This document shows, piece after piece, positions 20,922-31,145 of a stretch of DNA of 64,000 bases; the stretch's first letter is position 1, and each line of letters opens with the position of its first letter. The notes under the pieces were generated by a model. That model saw only the letters and a program-made list of their open reading frames with translations, was not told the DNA's origin and made no database searches. A program made the position numbers and the translations under genes. The stretch is from NCBI GenBank assembly GCA_035651755.1, contig DASRFA010000018.1:32138-96137 (forward strand). Reading direction: 5' to 3'. The stretch comes from Candidatus Binatia bacterium (GTDB lineage: Bacteria; Desulfobacterota; Binatia; UBA12015).

Positions 20922-23312
20922 ATGTTCCAGGGCGACCCGCAAACCAGCCGCGCGTACCTCGCCGCAATCGTCGACTCCTCGAACGATGGCATCATCGGTA
21001 AGGATCTCGACGGCATCGTCCGGTCCTTCAATCCGGCCGCGGAACGGCTCTTCGGCTATTCCGCGGCCGAAATCATCGGCAAGTCCATCCGGATCCTGCT
21101 GCCTCCGGAGCGGCTCGACGAGGAAGACCGGATCCTCGCGAGGCTGCGCCTCGGCGAGCGGGTGGACCACTTCGACACGGTCCGTCTCGCCAGGGACGGA
21201 CGCCGAATCGACATCTCGCTCTCGATCTCGCCGATCCGTGACCCGACTGGAAAGATCGTGGGCGCCGCAAAGATCGCCCGCGACATCACGGAGCGAAAGC
21301 GCGCCGCGGAGGCGCTCCGTGCGCAACAGGAGTGGTTTCGCGTCACTCTTGCGAGCATCGGAGATGCCGTGATCGCGTCGGATCCCGAAGGTCGCATCAC
21401 GTACATGAACCGCGTGGCCGAGCAGCTCACGGGATGGCCGACTCACGACGCGCTCGGCAAGCCGCTTGCGGACGTCTTCAACGTCGTCAACGAAACCTCG
21501 CGGGCGCGAGTCGACAATCCTGCGGAGAGGGTGATCCGATCGGGTGCGGTGGTCGGTCTCGCAAACCACGCATGTCTCGTCAGCCGCGACGGAACGGAGC
21601 GTCCCATCGCAGACAGCGCAGCGCCGATCCTCGATGACGAGCGGCGTATCCTGGGAGTCGTCCTCGTCTTTCACGACGTCACGGAGCAGCGGCGGGCGGA
21701 GAGGGCCATCGCGGAGCAGCGAGAGTGGTTCGCGACGACGCTCGCGAGCATCGGCGATGGCGTGATCGCGACCGACATCCGCGGCCGCGTCGCCTTCATG
21801 AATCCCGTGGCGGAGCACCTCACCGGATACTCCGTGGCGGATGCCGTCGATCGCCCGTGTGAAGACGTCTTCCGGATCGTGAACGAGCACACGCGCCGAA
21901 CGGTTCCGAACCCGGTAGCCCGCGTCCTGGCGGAAGGAATCGTCGTCGGCTTGGCGAACCACACGATGCTCATCGCTGCCGACGGCACGGAGCGGCCGAT
22001 CGACGACAGCGGCGCGCCCATCAGGGACTCGAGCCAGCGTATCGCCGGCGCCGTCCTCGTGTTTCGCGACGTCAGCGAGCGACGGCGGGCCGAAGCCGAC
22101 AGGTCGCGGGCGGCACACGAGCGCGAGCAGCTGCTCGAGGCCGAGCGACGCGCGAGAGCCGAGGCGGAGCGCGCGAACCGCGTCAAAGACGAGTTCGTCG
22201 CGATGGTTTCGCACGAGCTCCGGACGCCGCTCGGCGCGATCCTCGGTTGGAGCAAGATTCTCCTCAGGCAGGCGTTGGACGCGAGACTGAAGCACGGGTT
22301 GGAAGTCATCGACCGCAACACCCGCACGCAAATACAGCTGGTGTCCGACTTGCTCGACATCAGCCGGATCACGTCCGGCAAGCTGGCGCTCGAGGTGGAC
22401 ACGGTCGAGGTCGCGTCGGTCGTCCGCGACAGCATCGAAACGCTTCAGCATGCAGCCGACAACAAGCACATCGAACTGGTCGCTCGTATCGGCTCCGATC
22501 CGATATTCACGGTCGGCGACGCGGCACGTCTTCGCCAAGTCGTGTCGAACATCCTATCCAACGCGATCAAGTTCACGGAGACCGGGGGGCGGGTGGAGGT
22601 GCATGTCGGAACCTCGGGGTCGTCTGCCGAGATCGTCGTGACCGATACCGGGATCGGGATTCGATCCGACGACCTCACGTTCCTCTTCGAGCGATTCCGC
22701 CAGTCCGGTCCGACCACGACACGCCGCTACGGCGGCCTCGGCCTCGGATTGTCGATTGCGAGGCATATCGTCGAGCTTCACGGAGGCACGGTGCGCGCGG
22801 AGAGCGATGGGGAAGGAAAGGGCGCTCGGTTCACGGTCGAGATCCCACTTCGCTCCGCGGCGCATCTCGCCGGCGAGGCGAGCGTCGCCGATCGGGCGAT
22901 GTCGCACACGGACACCGGAGTGTCCCTCGACGGACTGACGGTGCTCGTCGTCGAGGACGCGAGCGACATGCTGGCGCTGATCAAGGTGATCCTCGAAAGT
23001 CACGGAGCGACCGTCATTGCGGCAACGTCTGCCGCCGACGCGCTGCGTGCGCTGGGCCGATCGCCGGACATCATCGTGAGCGACATCCGCTTGCCCGACA
23101 TGGACGGCTACGAGCTCGTGCGAAAGATCCGCTCCGGCGACGAGCCCTCCGCGCGCACGCCGGCCGTGGCCCTCACTGCGTTCGCTCGGATCGAGGATCG
23201 GACGCGCGCGATCCGCGCCGGCTTCCAGGGGCACATCGCAAAGCCGTTCGAGCCCATGGAGCTCGTCCTCACGATTGCGAGCCTGGCCGGCATCGTCCGG
23301 CCGATCAACTAG
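20922..23312 (+). CDS. hybrid sensor histidine kinase (3x PAS - HisKA - HATPase - receiver)
   Basis: Three PAS repeats (e.g. IGDAVIASDPEGRITYMNRVAEQLTGW), an H-box (VSHELRTPL), an ATPase domain, and a C-terminal receiver (LVVEDASD...SDIRLPDMDGYEL). Confidence 0.9.
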   Translation: MFQGDPQTSRAYLAAIVDSSNDGIIGKDLDGIVRSFNPAAERLFGYSAAEIIGKSIRILLPPERLDEEDRILARLRLGERVDHFDTVRLARDGRRIDISLSISPIRDPTGKIVGAAKIARDITERKRAAEALRAQQEWFRVTLASIGDAVIASDPEGRITYMNRVAEQLTGWPTHDALGKPLADVFNVVNETSRARVDNPAERVIRSGAVVGLANHACLVSRDGTERPIADSAAPILDDERRILGVVLVFHDVTEQRRAERAIAEQREWFATTLASIGDGVIATDIRGRVAFMNPVAEHLTGYSVADAVDRPCEDVFRIVNEHTRRTVPNPVARVLAEGIVVGLANHTMLIAADGTERPIDDSGAPIRDSSQRIAGAVLVFRDVSERRRAEADRSRAAHEREQLLEAERRARAEAERANRVKDEFVAMVSHELRTPLGAILGWSKILLRQALDARLKHGLEVIDRNTRTQIQLVSDLLDISRITSGKLALEVDTVEVASVVRDSIETLQHAADNKHIELVARIGSDPIFTVGDAARLRQVVSNILSNAIKFTETGGRVEVHVGTSGSSAEIVVTDTGIGIRSDDLTFLFERFRQSGPTTTRRYGGLGLGLSIARHIVELHGGTVRAESDGEGKGARFTVEIPLRSAAHLAGEASVADRAMSHTDTGVSLDGLTVLVVEDASDMLALIKVILESHGATVIAATSAADALRALGRSPDIIVSDIRLPDMDGYELVRKIRSGDEPSARTPAVALTAFARIEDRTRAIRAGFQGHIAKPFEPMELVLTIASLAGIVRPIN

Positions 23313-23433
23313 CGGGAAGCCGAATCGTCGAGCGGGGCCGCTTCGCCTCGCGGTGGGACCGCTGCCGTCCCGTGCGAGGGTGCACATCCGCGTCCGTGGC
23401 CGCCGGTCGGGCTCGACGTGTGGCGGCCGAACG

Positions 23434-23448
23434 TGGCACGCTGTTCGC
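23434..23448 (+). promoter_or_regulatory. possible sigma-54 (-24/-12) promoter TGGCACGCTGTTCGC
   Basis: GG and GC have canonical spacing, with one mismatch to TGGCACG-N4-TTGC. It ends 39 nt before the P450 ATG. No enhancer-binding protein gene is seen nearby. Confidence 0.25.
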
Positions 23449-23486
23449 GGGCACGAGCGGCGCGGTTCGCATACGACGAGGTCACG

Positions 23487-24752
23487 ATGAAGACGGCAGA
23501 CGAACGGGCTCGGACGGACGAGACGGAAGGGCAGGACGAGCGCGATCCGTTCGCAACCTTCGACGAGTCGGTGGGCGCCGGCCAGGTCCGGAATCCCTAT
23601 CCCAAGCTGGGCGACCTCCGGCGCGAGTGCCCGGTCTACCACGGCAAGCTCCACCGGGCGTTCGACCTGCCCGACATGCACGAGCTCATCCCGGGTGCCA
23701 GCGACCACTTCGCGGCGCTCAGCTGGGACGCGGTCACGCAGGTCCTGCTCGACGGCCAGACCTTCTCGTCGTCCGGCTACTCGGCGTCGATGGGTCTGGT
23801 GATGGGCCACAGCATCCTCGAGATGGACGAGCCCGAGCACCGCCGCTACCGGTCGCTCATCCAGCAGGCGTTCACGCTGAAGGCGATGGAGCGATGGGAG
23901 CGCGACATCGTCGCGCCGATCGTGAACGCGCTGATCGACCGCTTCGTCGACCGGGGCCGCGCCGACCTCGTTCGCGAGCTCACCTTTCCGTTCCCGATCC
24001 AGGTCATCGCGGGGATGCTCGGACTGCCCGAGGAGGACCTGCCGCAGTTCCATCGCCTGGCGGTCGAGCTCATCTCGATCGCGGTCGACATCCCGCGCGG
24101 CTTCGCCGCGTCGCAGGGCCTGCGCGACTACTTCGCCGGGATCCTGGAGCGCCGCCGCGCGGAGCCGCGCGACGACGTGATCAGCATGCTCGCGCAGGCC
24201 GAGCTCGACGGCCAGCGCTTGACGGACGAGGAGATCTTCGCGTTCCTCCGCCTGCTCCTGCCGGCGGGCGCCGAGACGACGTACCGCTCGTCGAGCAACC
24301 TGCTGCTCGGACTCCTCGAGAACCCCGATCAGCTGCGCGCGCTGCGCGACGACCGCTCGCTCATGCGCCAGGCGATCGAGGAAGGGCTCCGCTGGGAGGC
24401 GCCGCTCACCGGCATCGCGCGCCTCGCGACGCGCGACGTGGAGGTCGCGGGCGTCAAGATCGCGAAGGGCTCGGTCGTGAGCGTGTGCATGGGCGCCGCG
24501 AACCACGACGAGACCCGCTGGGAGTCGCCGGAGCGCTTCGACATCTTCCGGACGCCGAAGCCGCACGTCGCGTTCGCGACCGGCCCGCACACCTGCCTCG
24601 GAATGCACCTGGCGCGGATGGAGACGACGGTCGCGCTGAACGCGGTCCTGGACCGCCTCCCGAACCTGCGGCTCGACCCGGACGCGGAGGACGTGCACAT
24701 CACGGGGCTCGGCTTCCGCGCGCCCCGGAAGCTGCCGGTCGTGTTCGGCTGA
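23487..24752 (+). CDS. cytochrome P450
   Basis: Trimmed to ATG 23487. Haem-binding loop FATGPHTCLGMHLA, I-helix AGAETT and an ExxR motif are present. Confidence 0.9.
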   Translation: MKTADERARTDETEGQDERDPFATFDESVGAGQVRNPYPKLGDLRRECPVYHGKLHRAFDLPDMHELIPGASDHFAALSWDAVTQVLLDGQTFSSSGYSASMGLVMGHSILEMDEPEHRRYRSLIQQAFTLKAMERWERDIVAPIVNALIDRFVDRGRADLVRELTFPFPIQVIAGMLGLPEEDLPQFHRLAVELISIAVDIPRGFAASQGLRDYFAGILERRRAEPRDDVISMLAQAELDGQRLTDEEIFAFLRLLLPAGAETTYRSSSNLLLGLLENPDQLRALRDDRSLMRQAIEEGLRWEAPLTGIARLATRDVEVAGVKIAKGSVVSVCMGAANHDETRWESPERFDIFRTPKPHVAFATGPHTCLGMHLARMETTVALNAVLDRLPNLRLDPDAEDVHITGLGFRAPRKLPVVFG

Positions 24753-24926
24753 AGCCCGAGCTCCGCTCCGAGGAAGTCGCGCATGTGCACGTAGAGGTTG
24801 TCGCCGAAGCGCCGTGTCGCCGCGGCGCCACTCCGGTTGGGCGCGCCGGTACCGATCTTGCCTGAGGTCGGGTGAAATCGAATGATCGGCCGCGTCGGCG
24901 ACGCGGCCATCCACCCGGGAGGCGAA

Positions 24927-27125
24927 ATGGCAACGACGGTGTTGCGGAGCTGCAACCTGTGCGAGGCGGGCTGCGGCCTCAAATTCGAGGTCGAGGGCAG
25001 CGAGATCCTCTCGGTCGCGCCCGATCACGACGACCCGCAATCCCGCGGCTACGTCTGCCCGAAGGGGCTCGCGATCGCGGACGTGCACCGCGATCCCGAC
25101 CGTCTCCGGCGGCCCGTCCGGCGCGCGGCCGACGGCTCGTTCCATGAAATCTCGTGGGACGAGGCGTTCGAGCTCGCCGGCGCGCGCCTGCGCGAGATCC
25201 GATCGCGCCACGGCGCGGACGCGATCGCCGCCTACTTCGGGAATCCGCTCGTCCACAACTACAGCGGCATCATCATGGCGGGCTCGCTCCTGAACGCGCT
25301 CGGGACCAAGAACCGGACGAGCGCGGGATCGCAGGACACGTCGCCCCGCTTCGCCGCCTCCCATCACCTCTACGGGAGCACGCTCGTCGCGCCGGTTCCG
25401 GACCTCGACCACACCGACTACTTCCTGTGCATCGGCGCGAACCCGGCGGTGTCGCAGGGCAGCGCGATGGTGACGCCCGACGTCAAGTCGCGCCTGCGCG
25501 ACGTGCGCGCGCGCGGCGGGAAGGTCGTCGTCGTCGATCCGCGCGCGAGCGAAACGGCGAAGCTCGCCGACGAGCACGTCTTCATCCGCCCGGGCGGCGA
25601 CGCGGCGTTTGTCCTGTCACTCCTGCAGGCCCTCGTCGCGTCCGGCGAAGCCGACGTGAACGCGCTGCGCGACTCCGCGACCGGGTGGGAGGACGTCGAG
25701 CCGCGGCTCGCCCCATTCTCGCCCGAAGCGACCGCGGGCCTCACGAGAGTCGATCCGGAGACGACCCGGCGCATCGCGCGCGAGCTCGCCGTGGCCGCGC
25801 GAAGCGTCGTCTACACGCGCGTCGGGACCTGCAACAACGCGTGGGGCACGCTCGCGACCTGGGCGAACGACGTCCTGAACCTCGCGCTCGGAAGCCTCGG
25901 CGCGCCCGGCGGCGCGATGTTTCCCGAGCCCGCGCTCGACGGCAGCCAGTTCGTCCGCCTGGGCGGCATGAACGGCCACGCGCGCTGGCGAAGCCGCGTC
26001 CGCGGCCTGCCCGAGACCGGCTGCGACCTCCCGGCGTCGATCCTCGCCGAGGAGATGGAGACGCCGGGCGACGGCCAGGTGCGGGCGCTCGTCACGATCG
26101 CCGGCAACCCGGTGCTGTCGACGCCGAACGGACGCCGCCTCGAGCGCGCGCTCGGGCAGCTCGAGTTCATGGTTTCGGTCGACCTCTACGTGAACGAGAC
26201 GACCCGCCACGCCGACGTCATCCTTCCGCCGAGCTGGTCGCTCGCCGAGGACCACTCCGAGCCGCTCACGCCGAGCTTCTCGCTCCGGAACCACGTCCGC
26301 TGGTGCGCGCCCGTGGTCCCGCGCGCCGAGGGCGAGCTCGCCGACTGGCAGATCCTCCTGCGCCTCAGCGAGCAGCTCGGCGGCGGGCCGTTCGGACGGA
26401 AGTGGCTCGACCGCGGCGCGCGCGTCGCGCGCGCTCTCGGCTGGCGCTACGACCCCGAGCGCGCGCTCGACCTGCTGCTCCGGATCGGACCGCACGGCGA
26501 TCGCTTCCTGCCCTGGAGGGACGGGCTCCGCCTGGCGAAGGTCAAGGCGTCGCCGTACGGCGTCGACCTCGGGCCGGCGCGCCCTGGGTTCCGCCACCGC
26601 GTGCAGCACGCCGACGGCAAGGTCCATCTCGCCGCGGGGCCGTTCTTCGAGGCGATGGAGGCGCTCGGCGCGGAGGTCGAGCGGGCGCGCGGCCGATCGG
26701 CGAACGGCGAGCTGCTCTTGATCGGCCGGCGCGAGCTCCGGTCGAACAACTCGTGGATGCACAACGTCCCGGCGCTGGTCGCCGGGCGCGAGCGCTGCGT
26801 GCTGCTCGTCCACCCGACCGACGCCGCGCGCGCCGGGCTCCGCGACAGCCAGCCCGCGCTGCTCGAAAGCCGCGTCCACTCGGGCGTCGTCCCGGTGCGC
26901 GTCACCGAGGACATCATGCCCGGCGTGGTGAGCCTGCCGCACGGGTGGGGACACGCGGCGAGCGCGCCGTGGCAGTCGACCGCCGGATCGCACGCGGGCG
27001 TCTCGGCGAACGACTTCACGGACGACGCGCGCGTCGAGGGCGTCGTCGGGCAATCCATCCTGAACGGCGTGCCGGTCCGGCTACGGCCGGTCGGCCACAC
27101 GCCGCCGGCGACGCCGACGGCGTAG
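24927..27125 (+). CDS. cytoplasmic molybdopterin-dependent oxidoreductase (MopB superfamily)
   Basis: GGGAGG RBS before ATG 24927. The N-terminal 4Fe-4S motif is CNLCEAGCG...CPKG. Molybdopterin-binding and C-terminal dinucleotide-binding regions are present. There is no Tat signal. Confidence 0.85.
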   Translation: MATTVLRSCNLCEAGCGLKFEVEGSEILSVAPDHDDPQSRGYVCPKGLAIADVHRDPDRLRRPVRRAADGSFHEISWDEAFELAGARLREIRSRHGADAIAAYFGNPLVHNYSGIIMAGSLLNALGTKNRTSAGSQDTSPRFAASHHLYGSTLVAPVPDLDHTDYFLCIGANPAVSQGSAMVTPDVKSRLRDVRARGGKVVVVDPRASETAKLADEHVFIRPGGDAAFVLSLLQALVASGEADVNALRDSATGWEDVEPRLAPFSPEATAGLTRVDPETTRRIARELAVAARSVVYTRVGTCNNAWGTLATWANDVLNLALGSLGAPGGAMFPEPALDGSQFVRLGGMNGHARWRSRVRGLPETGCDLPASILAEEMETPGDGQVRALVTIAGNPVLSTPNGRRLERALGQLEFMVSVDLYVNETTRHADVILPPSWSLAEDHSEPLTPSFSLRNHVRWCAPVVPRAEGELADWQILLRLSEQLGGGPFGRKWLDRGARVARALGWRYDPERALDLLLRIGPHGDRFLPWRDGLRLAKVKASPYGVDLGPARPGFRHRVQHADGKVHLAAGPFFEAMEALGAEVERARGRSANGELLLIGRRELRSNNSWMHNVPALVAGRERCVLLVHPTDAARAGLRDSQPALLESRVHSGVVPVRVTEDIMPGVVSLPHGWGHAASAPWQSTAGSHAGVSANDFTDDARVEGVVGQSILNGVPVRLRPVGHTPPATPTA

Positions 27126-27370
27126 CAACGCGCTCGGACTGGGACGCCCCTCCGGAGGGTCCCGATCGACCCGGTCGGCGTCGGGAAGACGGACACCTCG
27201 CGGACGTTCCGCGTAGCCGACCTGATCGCTCACGCGGTCCGTCCACCGCCGCTTGCGCGCCCGAGCGGCTTCGCGTACCGGGCGAGAACGCGGCGAGCGC
27301 CCCCTCGGGCGGACGACCTCGCGCGACCCGCTTCACATCCGGATCGCCGCGCCCATCCTCGGAGAACAGC

Positions 27371-29188
27371 ATGTCGACCGCACCCACGATCAATGCACCC
27401 TTCTGGCTCGGTCCCCAGATCGAGGCGCGCGCCGAGCACCCGGAGGTCGCGTCGCGCGTCTTCCTGCGAAAGGACGGCCGGACCTGGACGTTCCGGCAGT
27501 ACCGGAACGAATCGGTGCGCGTCGCGCACCTCCTGCAGCGGCGCCTCGGGGCGATCGACGACGCGCGCCCCGGGCACGTCGCGATGGTGCTCGAGAACCA
27601 TCCCGAGCTGCTCTTTCTCTACGGCGGCTGCGGCTACGCCGGGCTCACGCTCTTCGGCGTGAACACGGGGCTCCGCGGCGAGACGCTCTCGGGCGTGCTC
27701 AACCAGTCGCGCGCGCGGGTCGCGGTCGTCGACCAGCGCTTCCAGGACGAGTTCGAGAAGATCCGCGGCGATCTCCGCCACATCGCGCCGGAGAACGTCG
27801 TCTACGTCCGGACCGGCGACGGCGAGCTGGCCGGCCCCGATCTCATGGAGTGCGCGACGGCGGAAGTCGGGGCCGACGGCGAGAAGCTCGCGCCGCCGTC
27901 CGTCGACGTCAAGCCGGAGCAGCCGATCGTCGTCATCTACACCTCGGGGACGACCGGCCTCCCGAAGGGCATCGTCAACAACCACGCGAAGATGCTGCTC
28001 ATCGGCATGGCGGTGTCGCAGAACCTGCAGCTCGGACCCGAGGACGTCGGCTACGCGTGCATGCCGCTCTTCCACTCGAACTCGCTCTACCTGTGCTACC
28101 AGCCGGCGCTGCAGGTGTGTGGCAGCTTCGCGATCCGCGAGCGCTTCAGCGCGAGCAAGTTCGTGCCCGACGTGTTCGACCACGGCGTCACCTTCTGGAA
28201 CTACGTCGGCGAGCCCGTGCACTACGTGCTGGTCGCGCTCGAGAAGCAGTTCGGCGGCGACGTCGATCGGATCCATCGCGAGATCACGAACGATCCGCGG
28301 AACAAGCTCCGCTACGCGCTCGGCAACGGCGCGGCGGCGCCGGACATCGAGCGCTTCACCGACTGGCTCGGGCTCGAGGACATGTTCGAGCTCTACGGAT
28401 CGACCGAGGCGGCCATCAGCACGTTCCGGAAGAAGGGCGACCCGCGCGGCTCCGTCGGCGAGGTGACGGACCCCGCCGTCAAGATCCTGAACGAGCGCGG
28501 CGACGAGTGCCCGAACGCCGACATCGGCCCCGACGGCAAGATCCGGAACTACGCGGACGCGGTCGGCGAGATCTGCCGCGTCGCGGCGGACACCGGCCTC
28601 TTCCAGGGCTACTTCGACAACCCGGGCGCGAACACGTCGAAGTACCGCGACGGCGTCTACCACTCGGGCGACCTCGGCCACATCGTCGAGCGCGAGGGCA
28701 AGCGCTTCCTCTTCTTCGACGGCCGCACCGACGACTGGATCCGGAAGGACGGCGAGAACTTCTCGGCGCTCCAGGTCGCGCGCCTCGTGCAGGAGCACCC
28801 CGACGTCGTGCTCGCCGCCGCCTACGGCGTCCCGTGCAGCGTATCGGACGAGCTCGTCATGGTCGCGCTCAAGATCCGCCCGGGCGCGTCGTTCGACCCC
28901 AAGGCGTTCTTCGAGTTCTGCGACGACCAGGTCGTGAACGGCGGCATGGACAAGAAGTGGTTCCCCGACTTCGTGCGGCTGGTCGACGAGTTCGAGTACA
29001 CGCAGACCGAGAAGATCCTCGTCCGGAACCTGAAGCGCGTGCACTTCGACCGGAAGCGCCTCCCGAGCGAGCCCATCTACTTCCGGACGCGCGGCGACAA
29101 GGCGTTCCGCCCGCTCGGCGCTGCCGATTACGCGGCGCTGCGCGACGAGTTCGCGAAGGCGGAGAAGCTCGACCTGCTCGACCGCTGA
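27371..29188 (+). CDS. AMP-dependent acyl-CoA synthetase (long-chain/FATP-like)
   Basis: C-terminal 605 aa of ORF 25154..29188, starting at ATG 27371. It carries the YTSGTTGLPKG AMP-binding motif, plus YGSTE and GDLG motifs. Confidence 0.9.
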   Translation: MSTAPTINAPFWLGPQIEARAEHPEVASRVFLRKDGRTWTFRQYRNESVRVAHLLQRRLGAIDDARPGHVAMVLENHPELLFLYGGCGYAGLTLFGVNTGLRGETLSGVLNQSRARVAVVDQRFQDEFEKIRGDLRHIAPENVVYVRTGDGELAGPDLMECATAEVGADGEKLAPPSVDVKPEQPIVVIYTSGTTGLPKGIVNNHAKMLLIGMAVSQNLQLGPEDVGYACMPLFHSNSLYLCYQPALQVCGSFAIRERFSASKFVPDVFDHGVTFWNYVGEPVHYVLVALEKQFGGDVDRIHREITNDPRNKLRYALGNGAAAPDIERFTDWLGLEDMFELYGSTEAAISTFRKKGDPRGSVGEVTDPAVKILNERGDECPNADIGPDGKIRNYADAVGEICRVAADTGLFQGYFDNPGANTSKYRDGVYHSGDLGHIVEREGKRFLFFDGRTDDWIRKDGENFSALQVARLVQEHPDVVLAAAYGVPCSVSDELVMVALKIRPGASFDPKAFFEFCDDQVVNGGMDKKWFPDFVRLVDEFEYTQTEKILVRNLKRVHFDRKRLPSEPIYFRTRGDKAFRPLGAADYAALRDEFAKAEKLDLLDR

Positions 29189-29702
29189 GCGCGCGGCCGG
29201 ACCGCGGCGCGATGCGCGAGACGGGGGAAACGACCTGTCGTGCGCCGTCGTCGTCCGCCCGGACGGCTCCGTCGGAGCGCGTCGTACCCGCGGGTGCGGA
29301 CGTGGTGCTCGGCTACCTCGCGCGCCTCCATTCTTGATCGCCGCGCGCGCGGCGTTGTCGCGTTTCCCGCCCACCGAGGGCGCGACGGTCCGATGACGAC
29401 GTGCCGGCATGCGACACCGGAGCGCGCAGTGTGCTCGGCAATCCGGACGATGCCCCGGACGCGTAACGGGGGCGATGACCCCGCTCGCGTCGGCAAACGA
29501 CGACCTGGATCGCCGCGGCGCGGCATACGTGAACGTGCGGCCACATCGCTCCGCACCGACGGATTTTCGCCGGCGAGACCTGCAAAGCGCGCTTGGCGAA
29601 ATGCCAAGGACAGGCGGCACGAGCGCCCGCACGTGCGTGGCTCGCTCCGCAACACCGCTGGTTTTCCGAGGCGGCACGTCGGTTGCATGCGCGGTCGCCA
29701 CG

Positions 29703-30218
29703 ATGTCGCTCCGACGAACCACGTTCATGCTCGCGGCGGCGGTGTGCGCGGCGCTCGCGTCGCGATCGCCCGCGCTCGCGGCGCCGACCGCGGCGGACTC
29801 CGGCTCGCCTTCGGTCGCAGCCCTCACGATCTGCGAGCAGGCCGATCGCGCGTCGGGCGAAGAGAAGACGCGTCTCCTCGATCGTGGTCTCGAGCTGGCC
29901 GAGCAGGCCGTCGATCGCGACGGCTCCGACGCGAAGGCTCACTTCGCCGTATTCTGCAATCTCGGCAAGAAGACGCAGAGCGCCGGTCCGAGCGTCCGTC
30001 AAGTCTTCGTGATCGATCGCCTGAAGCGCGAGATCGACTCCGCGCTGAAGCTCTCGCCCGACGATCCCGCGATGCTCACCGCGAAGGGCGCGTTCCTCAT
30101 GAAGCTCCCCTCGCTCCTCGGCGGCGACGAAGAGGAGGGCAAAGCGCTGCTCCACAAGGCCCTCAGCAAGGACCCGAACAACCAGGTCGCGCGTCGGTAC
30201 TTGTCGCAAGAAGAGTAG
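29703..30218 (+). CDS. hypothetical secreted helical (TPR-like) protein
   Basis: Trimmed to ATG 29703, which gives the signal peptide MSLRRTTFMLAAAVCAALASRSPALA. The upstream part of ORF 29409..30218 has poorer third-position GC. The body is helical and repeat-like. Confidence 0.55.
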   Translation: MSLRRTTFMLAAAVCAALASRSPALAAPTAADSGSPSVAALTICEQADRASGEEKTRLLDRGLELAEQAVDRDGSDAKAHFAVFCNLGKKTQSAGPSVRQVFVIDRLKREIDSALKLSPDDPAMLTAKGAFLMKLPSLLGGDEEEGKALLHKALSKDPNNQVARRYLSQEE

Positions 30219-30255
30219 ACGGCTCTCCGTTCGCCGCGGCCCGCCCCGAGGTCGA

Positions 30256-31035
30256 TCACGCAATCTCGTGGGCCATGCGGATATTCTTCTTGGCTAGCCC
30301 GTCGACGACGATCTGCAGGCCGCCGGTCCGGATCGTCCACTCCAACCGATGGTCGCGGTACTCGCGGATGAAGGCGCCCGACTCGACCAGCGGCCCGAGG
30401 TTCTGGAACGACGCCATCACCTGCGCGACCGCCTCCGTGCACTTCCGCGTGCTGTCCCGCTCGCTCGCGCGCCCGAACCAGGCGGCGAGGCGCGACCCCG
30501 CCGGCGGCGCGTGGCCGAAGCCCGCGGAGCCCGCGACGTAGGGCCACACCGACAGGTCGCCCCACCCGAACGCGTCGCCGTTGAACCACGGACGATCGCC
30601 GAGCTCGCGCTCGAGCCAGCGGTGCACGCCCGCGATCTGCTGCGCCGCGCGGGCCGTCATGCTCGATGCGAGGTCACCGGTCGCGCGACCGAAGACGGCG
30701 ATCTCGGCGAGCCCCCAGTTGATCGCCTCGAAGTACGTGTCGCACTGGTCTTCGATCATCCGGACGCGCGCGCGATCGCGCGCCGAGGACGGGCGGAGCG
30801 CCGGGTCGGGCCAGCGGTCCTCGACGTACTCGAGGATGACGGTCGAGTCGAAGACGGTGAAGTCGCCATCGATCAGGCTCGGCACCTCGCGCCGCGGGCT
30901 CGAGCCGAGGAACTCCGGCTCCGGGTCGCCGAAGAGGTTCGGGATCTTCGCCTCGAACGGGATGCCCTTCTCGTAGAGGGCGATCTTCACCTTCTGCGCG
31001 TAGGGCGAGAGCGGATGCTCGAAGAGGGTCAGCAT
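30256..31035 (-). CDS. glutathione S-transferase
   Basis: MLTLFEHPLSPYAQKVKIALYEKGIPFE...EVPSLIDGDFTVFDSTVILEY is a thioredoxin-like GST N-domain. A helical C-domain follows. Confidence 0.85.
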   Translation of the reverse strand: MLTLFEHPLSPYAQKVKIALYEKGIPFEAKIPNLFGDPEPEFLGSSPRREVPSLIDGDFTVFDSTVILEYVEDRWPDPALRPSSARDRARVRMIEDQCDTYFEAINWGLAEIAVFGRATGDLASSMTARAAQQIAGVHRWLERELGDRPWFNGDAFGWGDLSVWPYVAGSAGFGHAPPAGSRLAAWFGRASERDSTRKCTEAVAQVMASFQNLGPLVESGAFIREYRDHRLEWTIRTGGLQIVVDGLAKKNIRMAHEIA

Positions 31036-31145
31036 GGGCGTGTCCTACTACGAGCGGGCGCCGTCTGAACAGATGCCGCGGAATCGCCGCGCCGGCCCTT
31101 GACCGGGAGCGCGCTCCGCGACAGCACTGCGACGAGGAGCGCATC

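Noticed and set aside
27140-27162. Stem-loop GGGACGCCCCTCCGGAGGGTCCC after the molybdoenzyme gene, considered as a terminator
   Set aside because: It is a good GC hairpin (with the perfect inner palindrome CCCTCCGGAGGG) but has no U-tract. I could not distinguish it from the many GC hairpins expected by chance, so it was not listed as a feature.
25154-29188. 1,344-aa ORF suggesting a giant fusion protein. ORFs 8138..9757, 8983..10194, 10220..13009, 13541..15955, 31640..36172, 35119..37071, 41236..43506, 44724..46670, 46115..47971, 49902..51587, 52571..55675 and 58936..61011 behave the same way.
   Set aside because: Only the C-terminal portion of each reads as real protein. The N-terminal stretches are shadow frames of the preceding gene. 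Each was trimmed to an internal ATG or GTG that has an RBS, a signal peptide or a stop overlap.
29409-29702. N-terminal extension of the TPR-like secreted protein ORF
   Set aside because: The extension has clearly lower third-position GC than real genes here and would place about 98 residues in front of an otherwise perfect signal peptide. The internal ATG at 29703 is preferred.
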